64,000 nucleotides of DNA. It comes from a virus. The stretch lies in IMG/VR virus record IMGVR_UViG_3300029850_000008; one strand, given 5' to 3'. The position numbers and the translations under genes were made by a program. The stretch's first letter is position 1, and every line of letters begins with the position of its first letter. The notes under the pieces are model-generated. The model saw only the letters and a program-made list of their open reading frames with translations, made no database searches and was not told the DNA's origin. Of this stretch, positions 53,998 to 62,943 are shown one piece after another.

Positions 53998-54996
53998 GTG
54001 AGCAAGTTATTAATAGATGAATCACCATTATTAGTATTGCCGTCATTGGCGGCAACTATTGGACTCAATGAATCAATCGTGCTGCAACAAGTTCATTATT
54101 GGCTCCAAGTAAAAAAATCAGCAGGAAAAGATTATATTGATGGGCATTATTGGGTGTACAACAGTTTTTCTGACTGGAACAAGCAATTTCCGTTTTGGTC
54201 TATCAATACGATAAAAAGAACTTTTTACAGCCTGGAAGAAAAAGGTTTATTGATCTCCGGAAACTACAATCAGAGAAATTTTGATAAAACTAAGTGGTAT
54301 TCCATCGACTATTCTGTGTTGACTCATTTTGATGCACTCGTCGACCCATTTTGGGTCGATCGAGAATCCCATTTTGGGTCGACCAATACCATAGACTACA
54401 TTACAGATAATAACAACAATAATGTCACAAACCCTCTGGAGGAAAAGAATCCAGAGGATAGTGATAAGGATAATGCTTTTTCCAAAAAGAAGGAAAAAGA
54501 TATTCATGCTTCTTCTTGTAATTATATAAACAATGTAAATATATCTAATAGCATTCAAAAACAGAGAGAACTGATTAAATCAAGGAAGAAGGAACAGTTA
54601 TCTTTAACTCTTCCAGAAACGATTCTTTTATCGGAACAATCAATCCATGCTGCTATGGCTCAATCAGTGATTGGAGAAGATGCATGCTTTGAATCGTGGG
54701 TAAAAGAAGTGGTTAGGTACTTCTTGGAATCATATGGCAGAAACCGTGGCGAGATGCACCCGTCTATTACGGTATCTCAAGCAGTGAAAATTATTGATAA
54801 GTATGTTCTGGTTCCAAAATCATTGGAAAATGAGGATATTGGTGTTAGAGAATACAAGTTAATGATAGATCAATACTTTAAGACTAAATTTGGGCTGAGG
54901 AGCGGGCAAAACGTGGATTATCGTATCATGCATTTCATGAGCGATAAAATTAGGGAACGTATGTACTGGAAAATTAATAACTCTGATATGCAGTAG
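53998..54996 (+). CDS. Plasmid/phage Rep-like winged-helix protein
   Basis: ..LLIDESPLLVLPSLAATIGLNESIVLQQVHYWL..WSINTIKRTFYSLEEKGLLIS.. resembles HTH_36/replication-initiator N-termini; GTG 53998 has the best RBS. Confidence 0.4.
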   Translation: MSKLLIDESPLLVLPSLAATIGLNESIVLQQVHYWLQVKKSAGKDYIDGHYWVYNSFSDWNKQFPFWSINTIKRTFYSLEEKGLLISGNYNQRNFDKTKWYSIDYSVLTHFDALVDPFWVDRESHFGSTNTIDYITDNNNNNVTNPLEEKNPEDSDKDNAFSKKKEKDIHASSCNYINNVNISNSIQKQRELIKSRKKEQLSLTLPETILLSEQSIHAAMAQSVIGEDACFESWVKEVVRYFLESYGRNRGEMHPSITVSQAVKIIDKYVLVPKSLENEDIGVREYKLMIDQYFKTKFGLRSGQNVDYRIMHFMSDKIRERMYWKINNSDMQ

Positions 54997-55016
54997 CTTT
55001 TTGGTGGAGGGATGAC

Positions 55017-55318
55017 ATGAATCATAGGAAAGAAGAAAAAAAGAGTGGATTATTGATTATGCAATAAATAATCAAGATGTTTTTATTGATATAACATCTG
55101 AAGAGTTTGTAGAAGCATATGTTGAAAAATTCGATCCACCAGGCGTATTGTGGCAATGGTATGGTGCACCGACTGTTCCGGAGCTGAAAAAGCTATTAGC
55201 GGATCTTTACAAAGAGGGGAAAATGTCAAGGTATAGACACTACTGCGATATATGGAAAGATGGATTTCCTAGATGGTTTTATATTTATAAATATACTGGA
55301 ACAGATCGCAGATTTTAG
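55017..55318 (+). pseudogene. Hypothetical gene broken at an A7 run (55036-55042)
   Basis: ATG 55017 frame stops after 16 codons; frame 2 continues ..EWIIDYAINNQDVFIDITSEEFVEAYVEKFDPPG.. to TAG 55316-55318; A8 restores one ORF. Confidence 0.4.
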
Positions 55319-55832
55319 ATTCATAATTCCGCTAAATAGCAATTTGAGTAACTTCCAATCTGAAAATGCCAAATTGGTAATCGGTAAAGTTGACAATGGT
55401 CCATATATGTACTTAATAAACAAAATTACTAACAGTTTGTTAATGCTACGGATGAATGAAGAAGATAAGTCCATAGCTGTGAATGCACAGACCAATGGTG
55501 CATGGGGATCCGAAAAACTGCTTGCCACAAAGGATTATTTAGGCGTGACCCAATACAATGGCGTAGACTACATTTCTCTGAGCGGGAAATTATCCAATAT
55601 TGGTGAATGGGTAAAAAATAATGGTACGCCAGGTAAATGTACATTTGTTCGTGTAGAACCATCAGATTCTGACGGATATTTTGGTACATCCGGATTTAGC
55701 ATCTTATGGATGCGCACTTCAGTTAACTATGGCTGGTGTATCTTAATATCTGATGATCCAAGAATGGTAGTTTTTGGTCGGAATTCCACTGGATGGCATT
55801 GGTATGCGCCGTCGTTGACCGAAGTATCATAG
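55260..55832 (+). CDS. Hypothetical protein (start uncertain)
   Basis: ORF; overlaps previous ORF end. Confidence 0.4.
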   Translation: MDFLDGFIFINILEQIADFRFIIPLNSNLSNFQSENAKLVIGKVDNGPYMYLINKITNSLLMLRMNEEDKSIAVNAQTNGAWGSEKLLATKDYLGVTQYNGVDYISLSGKLSNIGEWVKNNGTPGKCTFVRVEPSDSDGYFGTSGFSILWMRTSVNYGWCILISDDPRMVVFGRNSTGWHWYAPSLTEVS

Positions 55833-56066
55833 TTTTACATCACTAAAAGTACCACCATTGCTATTTATTTGAGTAATTTTAAAATGTATATTTAATCAAA
55901 ATTATCACATAAATTACTGTGATGATAAATGGTAAATAAGAGCTATTCGGCTGTACAATCCTTACGGATTATGGGTACTGTGAATAGCTCTTATTAAGAT
56001 ATCTTATGTGTATTTTACAATAATATGCTTAAGATTGCAAGTTAATTACCATTTAGCAATTTCAAA

Positions 56067-56148
56067 GTGAGTTTTTAAAACTGCCCAATATGGGTTAAAA
56101 TAATATAAGAGATTTTAGGAGAACGTCATTTTGTGGCGTTCTTTTTTC
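56067..56148 (+). promoter_or_regulatory. Late-box 3: GTGAGTTTTTAAAAC-N14-TAAAAT followed by intrinsic terminator
   Basis: Box 56067-56081, TAAAAT 56096-56101, hairpin 56121-56141 + TTTTTTC. Confidence 0.55.
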
Positions 56149-56173
56149 TTTGTGAGAAAGGAGGTCGATTTTC

Positions 56174-56587
56174 GTGAATGGATTTGAAGGTTGGCTCATA
56201 AAAATAAATGGAAAGATATTTCCAAACAAATATATTCATGCTGGAACATATAAGTGTACTCCAGACCAGGAAACCGACCTTGATGATGAAACTGACGCTG
56301 ATGGAATATTTCACAGAAATGTATTGCCAGCTAAAGCAACTAAGATTGAATTCGATATCAAGCCAGTAAGATTGAATGATTTAGTTCAAATAAAAGAAAT
56401 CATTCCAGATAATGCAACGGAAATTGATGTAGAATACTGGAATGACAGAAAAATGCAATATCAAACCGGAAAAGCATATATTCCTGTTGCAACTTTTGAA
56501 CCATATATGGTTTACAAAGATATTAATGACATATTATACAATCCAACAAGAATAGCAATCATTGAATACGGGGAGGTGAGAGATTGA
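56174..56587 (+). CDS. Distal tail protein candidate
   Basis: AAAGGAGG RBS + GTG; first gene after tape-measure block. Confidence 0.4.
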   Translation: MNGFEGWLIKINGKIFPNKYIHAGTYKCTPDQETDLDDETDADGIFHRNVLPAKATKIEFDIKPVRLNDLVQIKEIIPDNATEIDVEYWNDRKMQYQTGKAYIPVATFEPYMVYKDINDILYNPTRIAIIEYGEVRD

Positions 56588-58584
56588 TGCTCAACTTTCC
56601 AGAAGAACTAAAAGAACTATTCAAAAAAGATAATACATCAGCTGAAACTAGAAAAAGTTTGCGGCTGATTTTTTTTGATGATAAATCTGATTCTTTGTAT
56701 CCTGCTGAAAACTTATATCCGGAAGAATCGTTGTTTCCGGCTGAACATGGAGTACCGTGGCTTGTGATAGAGAATGACCGTATTGAAAGCGAGTCATTGA
56801 GCATTACAGAAACGCTTTCCTCATCTGATGACATTGAATTTGGATCGTGTGAGGCTTCCAAACTGGAAATCACAGTATTTGATGTAGTTGAAAATCTCTC
56901 TGGGAAAGAATTCATGTTAGTCTTAAAAATTGGTGAGCATGAGTTAGAAATGGGGCATTACACCGTAGAGTCCTATGTCAGACAATCCAATCGAAGAAAG
57001 AGAAAGATTACGGCATATGACCGAATGCGAAAATTCAATATAGATGTTTCAACTTGGTATAATGATTTGACATTCCCGATGACCTTAAAAACGTTTAGAA
57101 ATTCGTTGTGTGAATACATTGGAGTTGTTCAATCATTTGCCAGCCTAATCCTGGATGATATGGAAATTTCAAAAACGGTAGAACCATCAAAGTTATCTGG
57201 ATTAGATGTGATGAAAGCTATATGTCAAATAAATGGTTGTTTTGGACATTTTGATAAGACTGGAAGTTTTAAATACATTCAGCTGCAACAGACTGGATTG
57301 TATCCATCAGAAGAACTTTTTCCAGCGGAAAGTTTGTATCCATCAGAATTTGGATCTGATGGAATGGATGTTGAAGTTATATCAAAATACAGTCAGCCAA
57401 TGACATATGAAGATTATTTGGTCAATGGAATTAGTGGATTACAAATCCGACAGCAAGAAGGAGATGTTGGAGCAAGTGTTGGCGATGGTGATAATGCGTA
57501 TATCATTGAGGGAAATTTCTTAGTTTACGGAAAAGATGCTAATACACTTTTGAATATTGCACAGTCAATACTTCCACAAATTTCCGGAAGATCATATAGA
57601 CCTGCTTCTTTAAAAACCAATTTTTTACCATGGGTTGAAGTTGGTGATGCACTGAGAGTAATAACTAGAGATGATATCGTGGAAACCTTTTGCATGAAAA
57701 GGGAAATAAAAGGAATCCAAGCGATGTCAGATACGTTTACATCAACAGGATCTGAAACCAGAGAAGAATCATTCGGAATAGAAAGCCAAATTGTTCAGTT
57801 GGAAGGGAAAACGGCAGTCATTATTAAAAGTGTAGATGAAGTTTCTGCAACGGTTACAGACTTGAAAAACTACACAGAAGCACAGTTTAAGATAACTGCC
57901 GACAGTATCACAGCCGAAGTCACAAGAGCAAAAGGGGCAGAAGGAGAATTATCCAGTAAGATAACGCAGACAGCTACAGAAATTAGATCAGAAGTTACTG
58001 ATAAGACGAATGGCCTGCAAAGCCAAATCACACAGCAAGCCGGACAAATTGCATTGAAAGTAAGTCAAGGAGATGTAACAAATCAGCTGAATTCCGAATT
58101 GAAGATCACCGGGAATTCAATTGCTCTGACTACCGGACACTTTACTATTGATTCCAAAAATATGAAACTGGACGCTTCTGGAAATGCGACATTCTCTGGA
58201 ACAGTTTCTGGTGCTGCAATTAGTGGTGGTACTATTTCTGGATCTAGTATCACTGGTGTAAGTATTAATATTGATGATTTTTTTGTGTGTGATAGTCAAG
58301 AAGTACAGATTGGTGGTTTTGAGACATCCTACGCATACGGAAGAGATATTTTCCAGTCACAAGATGGTCAGTGCGGTATTTCTGCGAGTGCTTCAAAGGC
58401 AGGAAAACTATGGATATGGGCAGGATATAATAGTGCTTCCGATTACGATTTTATGGTAAATAATGCTGGTAGCGTATATTGCCGAAATGGTGTTCACGCA
58501 GATGATTTCTATCCGACTAGTTATAAGAATTCGGTAGTCTATTGGATTGATTGGCTTTATGATGCAGTTCAATCACTTTCATAA
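56584..58584 (+). CDS. Tail tip / tail-associated (Tal-like) protein
   Basis: 666 aa, position, C-terminal coiled-coil and Gly/Ser-rich repeats. Confidence 0.6.
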   Translation: MMLNFPEELKELFKKDNTSAETRKSLRLIFFDDKSDSLYPAENLYPEESLFPAEHGVPWLVIENDRIESESLSITETLSSSDDIEFGSCEASKLEITVFDVVENLSGKEFMLVLKIGEHELEMGHYTVESYVRQSNRRKRKITAYDRMRKFNIDVSTWYNDLTFPMTLKTFRNSLCEYIGVVQSFASLILDDMEISKTVEPSKLSGLDVMKAICQINGCFGHFDKTGSFKYIQLQQTGLYPSEELFPAESLYPSEFGSDGMDVEVISKYSQPMTYEDYLVNGISGLQIRQQEGDVGASVGDGDNAYIIEGNFLVYGKDANTLLNIAQSILPQISGRSYRPASLKTNFLPWVEVGDALRVITRDDIVETFCMKREIKGIQAMSDTFTSTGSETREESFGIESQIVQLEGKTAVIIKSVDEVSATVTDLKNYTEAQFKITADSITAEVTRAKGAEGELSSKITQTATEIRSEVTDKTNGLQSQITQQAGQIALKVSQGDVTNQLNSELKITGNSIALTTGHFTIDSKNMKLDASGNATFSGTVSGAAISGGTISGSSITGVSINIDDFFVCDSQEVQIGGFETSYAYGRDIFQSQDGQCGISASASKAGKLWIWAGYNSASDYDFMVNNAGSVYCRNGVHADDFYPTSYKNSVVYWIDWLYDAVQSLS

Positions 58585-58598
58585 TTGGAGGATATGTG

Positions 58599-58907
58599 AT
58601 GTATAAAATAAAAAAAGTACCATCACCTACTGGATATACAATTTTAGAGTCAGAAATCGAAGTTAATAGCGTAAATGGGATTCAGACCGTATACGAGAGC
58701 GATGGAGAATTAAGAGGGAAAATTAGTATTGTATCGATAGAATCAGAACTTGAGATTTCTTACGAGAGAAAGTATAAAAATGGGAAAATAAGAACTTTTG
58801 TTGTTCGCAAGAAAATGGATGTTGGAGAAAATGATTTTAGCCTATCAGAAGCACCAATGTTTGATAAAGAGTTAGAGTCGGTCTCCATTGTTGCGAAACT
58901 TATATAA
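58599..58907 (+). CDS. Hypothetical tail-region protein
   Basis: ORF. Confidence 0.45.
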   Translation: MYKIKKVPSPTGYTILESEIEVNSVNGIQTVYESDGELRGKISIVSIESELEISYERKYKNGKIRTFVVRKKMDVGENDFSLSEAPMFDKELESVSIVAKLI

Positions 58908-58919
58908 GAGGAGAAACAC

Positions 58920-59135
58920 ATGAAAAAGACGTTGACATATGATTATGATTTGATGGTAAGGGCTGGACAGTTACTCAATTCCCTTACCTTTACTGGAATT
59001 CAGCAAGCAAGAGTTGTATCAGAACTTGCTAATATTTTAGATTCTGGAAAAACAGGAGAAATATTTGAAAGAAAGGATGATGAAAAGAATGGCGTACACG
59101 GCGAAAAAATACAGTCGGATAAACTGGAAAAATAG
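58920..59135 (+). CDS. Hypothetical tail-region protein
   Basis: ORF. Confidence 0.4.
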   Translation: MKKTLTYDYDLMVRAGQLLNSLTFTGIQQARVVSELANILDSGKTGEIFERKDDEKNGVHGEKIQSDKLEK

Positions 59136-60387
59136 ACCATCTACTTCTACGGCATTAGGTGCCACCAACATGAACCACATGGATGTTTTTCTCAATGATG
59201 TTGATAATGCACTTGTTGAGATGGAAGCCGCAAAGCTTAATATTGCAACGGCAAATTCCATGTTGAAAAGTGTGGCATATAATAAATCCACTGGTGTTTG
59301 GAATTTTCAACAGTTAGATGGTACATCATTTTCATTTGACCAAAACATTGAAAAAATTCCAGTATCGTTTTCACTTTCAGAAAGTGGTGTACTGACCATG
59401 ACAACGGAAGATGGCACGCAATGGGAATGCAATGTTGCAGAACTTATAAAAGATTATGTGTTTGACGATTCAGAAACGATTGGTTTTAGCAAAGAATTCA
59501 AGAGCAATGAATACCATGTATCCGCAATTGTGAAGGACGGAAGCATTGGGGCTAAGCATTTGAACCCAGATTATAGGTCTGATATACAGTCTTATATGAA
59601 TACGGCTCAAACCGCTGCGAATGATTCACTGACTTACTCCAAGGATTCTAAGCGATGGGCGGTTGGTGATGCGTCATATTCTGGAAGTGAAACGGACAAT
59701 AGCCGATATTACAAAGAGCAAGCAGAATCGGCAAAAGTAGCGGCAGAAAAAGCAAGAGATGAAGCTCAAGCTGCTACTGGTGCAAAAATTATGACTTCCA
59801 CCGAAATGGGCGTTGGCAGACCAGACGGAACAACGATTGGAGTAGAAAATGGGATTTTCGGTCTTGTTGCAAAAGCAATTAATCTTCCAGCAGTTGATAC
59901 TTCTGGAATTGTTGGAACTGCTGGAGAAGAATCGACCGCTCAAGCGTTGCTGGACGAATTAGCAAGTAGAGTTGTGAGCAAACTGGTCACAAACGATGCT
60001 TTAACCGCAAAACTGGCTGACTATATGACAAAATCCATGATGTCTGGAACGCAGGTAAATGATGCAAATCATGTACCAACATCAGCATTAGCGTACTCCA
60101 TGAATCAAGCCATTGAGACACTAAATAGCAAGACTCCGAAGATAATCACTAAAAGTTATTCAAATGTTGCCATAGATTCTTCAAGTACACCAGCATATAA
60201 AATATTGGATTCATTTTCTGATCTTGGAGTCCCAGCTGGTGGAAAAGTAATAGGTTTAAATGTTAAAGGTTGGAACTCTGGAACTGGGACATTTAATTTA
60301 GCCAAAGATAGTGCTGGAAATAATCTTATTCTGATCGCTCCGAATGGTACTTTTGGAGGCATCACTGTCGAAGTAACTTATGTTTAA
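59089..60387 (+). CDS. Tail fibre / receptor-binding protein
   Basis: MAYTAKKYSRINWKNRPSTSTALGATNMNHMD.. N-terminus typical of Firmicutes phage fibre proteins; position. Confidence 0.5.
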   Translation: MAYTAKKYSRINWKNRPSTSTALGATNMNHMDVFLNDVDNALVEMEAAKLNIATANSMLKSVAYNKSTGVWNFQQLDGTSFSFDQNIEKIPVSFSLSESGVLTMTTEDGTQWECNVAELIKDYVFDDSETIGFSKEFKSNEYHVSAIVKDGSIGAKHLNPDYRSDIQSYMNTAQTAANDSLTYSKDSKRWAVGDASYSGSETDNSRYYKEQAESAKVAAEKARDEAQAATGAKIMTSTEMGVGRPDGTTIGVENGIFGLVAKAINLPAVDTSGIVGTAGEESTAQALLDELASRVVSKLVTNDALTAKLADYMTKSMMSGTQVNDANHVPTSALAYSMNQAIETLNSKTPKIITKSYSNVAIDSSSTPAYKILDSFSDLGVPAGGKVIGLNVKGWNSGTGTFNLAKDSAGNNLILIAPNGTFGGITVEVTYV

Positions 60388-60502
60388 AGGCTACAATATC
60401 AATAAATATACATTAGGTTCGGCCATGCCAGAGGGTGCTATTGTATCATTTATTCCAGTTGTATGATTTAAGCGATACAATACGAACAGGATACATATGT
60501 TG

Positions 60503-60835
60503 CTATTTAAACGGAACAAATAAATACCAAATCACCCGGTGCTGGGCATTTGTCGAGTTGGTAAGAGTACTGAGTATATCTCCTTTATGTACAATTACCG
60601 ATCCATTGGAAGCACCTAATTTATTAGGATTTCGAAGCGCAAATACCTGCACACCGGAAGCTAATACACTCTTTCCAATTAGATTTATGACAAAATAAAA
60701 ATCGGAACCATCATATGCAATTTGAGAATCTGCCGAAATGTAAACTATTCCATTTGCTGGAACAGAAAACCTAGAACCATTTGTTCTGTGTGAAGTTTTT
60801 AAATCGACAGAATTATCATAATCCAATTCATACAT
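60503..60835 (-). CDS. Hypothetical beta-rich protein in an inverted cassette
   Basis: Only minus-strand ORF in the late region; bounded by ATACAT.TTGCTATTTA direct repeats. Confidence 0.45.
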   Translation of the reverse strand: MYELDYDNSVDLKTSHRTNGSRFSVPANGIVYISADSQIAYDGSDFYFVINLIGKSVLASGVQVFALRNPNKLGASNGSVIVHKGDILSTLTNSTNAQHRVIWYLFVPFK

Positions 60836-61033
60836 CTTGCTATTTAGCAACGTTGATGTAGAAAAGAAAATAGGCGGGCCGTGGTATACACCCGGTGCCG
60901 CCTTTTGTGAAATTATTTTATGGAATGCATAATAATCATGAGATTTACTTCCCTACAAATAAATAGACGAATGAATTTATAAAATGCAACAAAAAATATT
61001 GATTTTCTGATTTTAAAGTATAAAATAAAAAAA

Positions 61034-61113
61034 GAGTGGGCATTCTACCCTCGCAAAGTATGTATGCCCACTCAATCTCTAAAGGAGATCGTGTCTATTA
61101 TACCACGATCTCT
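61034..61113. promoter_or_regulatory. Two palindromes upstream of the tyrosine recombinase gene
   Basis: GAGTGGGCAT-N20-ATGCCCACTC (61034-61073) and GAGATCGTG-N10-CACGATCTC (61085-61112). Confidence 0.5.
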
Positions 61114-61152
61114 GTTTGAGTACAATAAAAATATGAAAAGGGGACTAGTGGT

Positions 61153-62148
61153 ATGTCTAACGAAATCAGAAATCAAGTAATTATGGAACTCCAGGGAGAC
61201 TTTACAACGGAACAATTAAAGATCATTGATTTGGCAGTGGCTAAGGCAATGAGGGGATATAGGATTGAGCGAGAAGAGACGCTTCCGGCGACAACAGTAT
61301 GTGAAATGCCTTTAGATATAAGGGAATTCCTTGCAAGGAAGAAAATGAAAGGTTGTTCTGATGGAACAATCGAACAGTACAAAGATTTGTTGTCGGATTT
61401 TGCATTGTGGGCCAGAAAAGATCTTCGGCAGGTAAAAGACCTTGATATTTTAGCGTATTTGGATTATAGGGCGAAGCTTGGAGCATCGAACAGAACATTG
61501 GATAGTAAGCGTCTCATATTATCATCATTTTATACTACGATGCATGAAACTGGGAAAATGCAGTATAATCCGTCTAAGACAGTTGATCCAGTGAAATACA
61601 AGGCAAAAGTTCGGGAACCGCTGAACGATATGGAATTGGAAAAAGTTCGGTCTGCTTGTCGGACTCTAAGAGAAAAAGCGTTGTTTGAAGTCTTATATGC
61701 AACTGGCGGACGTGTGAGTGAGATAGTTGGAATTAATTATACGGAAATAGACAAGCAAACCAGAAGCGTAGTAATAACTGGAAAAGGTGACCAGGAAAGA
61801 TATGTATTTCTAAATGCGAAAGCCATGTTAGCTATCGAAAATTATATAAAAAGCAGGGGAGATGAAAGCCCAGCATTATTTGTTGGTGCAAGAAAACCAC
61901 ATAATCGTTTGGGGAAAGAAGCCATTGAAAGAGAGCTGAAAGCAATAGGGGAAAGGTCTGGGATTGACAGACCAGTTTTCCCACATTTATTAAGACATAC
62001 GTTTGCGACTGATATGCTTGAACATGGAGCATCTCTTAATGAGGTATCGGAGATGTTGGGGCACAAGAAATTGGATACAACAAAGATTTATGCTAAAATC
62101 AGTACGAATACATTGGCAATTTCTTATAAAAAACATCATGCCGCATAA
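61153..62148 (+). CDS. Tyrosine recombinase (XerC/D-like)
   Basis: ..ATGGRVSEI.., ..HLLRHTFAT.., ..GHKKLDTTKIY.. catalytic motifs. Confidence 0.85.
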   Translation: MSNEIRNQVIMELQGDFTTEQLKIIDLAVAKAMRGYRIEREETLPATTVCEMPLDIREFLARKKMKGCSDGTIEQYKDLLSDFALWARKDLRQVKDLDILAYLDYRAKLGASNRTLDSKRLILSSFYTTMHETGKMQYNPSKTVDPVKYKAKVREPLNDMELEKVRSACRTLREKALFEVLYATGGRVSEIVGINYTEIDKQTRSVVITGKGDQERYVFLNAKAMLAIENYIKSRGDESPALFVGARKPHNRLGKEAIERELKAIGERSGIDRPVFPHLLRHTFATDMLEHGASLNEVSEMLGHKKLDTTKIYAKISTNTLAISYKKHHAA

Positions 62149-62359
62149 AATAGGACAATCAAATCTACTGCATGGAATAGGCTGCCACGGGTGGCCTTTT
62201 TGGTGTGGAGATGAAGAAATGTATAAATAGTATTTTTTAGGAATATGTGTTTTGGGATGAATAGCAATATTCCTGAGAAAATGATTTTAAAGCAAATGCT
62301 TCCAAGTATTTGCGCCAAGAGAGAATAATTATACATATCAAACCAATAAAGGAGCCAAC

Positions 62360-62737
62360 ATGATAAAAGAACAAGAGATTCCCACCTACCGTAAATCAAC
62401 CAACAGCAATGTATCTAAGAGCCGCAGGAAAACAGATCATAAGCACAACTATGAAGAATGCTTAATCAAATACAGATCACCGTATTTTGATAAGGAATAT
62501 ATTTTTACGCACCTGGCAAGTTATTGTACTATTTGCGGCAAACTTGGTCCAAAATTCAAAGATGAAAAATCCATAGTAACCGATTATAAAAAAATCATTA
62601 ATTCGCCAATTGGCAAAGTCATCCAGGTACTCAGCGGCGAAGAACTCTATAAAAGATACAAGGATACACTGCCGATTTTCTTTCTAAAATACAGATCTGA
62701 TAAATATGTCCACTTATGGCAAAACAACGAAAAATGA
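62360..62737 (+). CDS. Hypothetical protein
   Basis: AAAGGAG RBS. Confidence 0.5.
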   Translation: MIKEQEIPTYRKSTNSNVSKSRRKTDHKHNYEECLIKYRSPYFDKEYIFTHLASYCTICGKLGPKFKDEKSIVTDYKKIINSPIGKVIQVLSGEELYKRYKDTLPIFFLKYRSDKYVHLWQNNEK

Positions 62738-62783
62738 TACAAAAATCTACTATCGCAATAATAAAAACTAGGAGGAATAAACC

Positions 62784-62906
62784 ATGGGTAAACATAATGA
62801 ATTAGAAGCTGTCTATACTGGCCGCCAATTAGAAGAAAAATACAATATTGTAAAGGACTATTTAATATTGAAAACCCACACCACAAAGGTGTTTAAATAT
62901 AAATAA
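62784..62906 (+). CDS. Small hypothetical protein (40 aa)
   Basis: TAGGAGGA RBS. Confidence 0.35.
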   Translation: MGKHNELEAVYTGRQLEEKYNIVKDYLILKTHTTKVFKYK

Positions 62907-62943
62907 AACTGAAATTTAATAAATTCTGAAAGGAGAAATCAAT

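Noticed and set aside
59065-61150. A Mu G-segment-like invertible tail-fibre switch using the adjacent recombinase.
   Set aside because: No inverted repeats were found flanking the fibre 3' end and the cassette. The cassette product shows no similarity to the fibre C-terminus. Only direct repeats are present.
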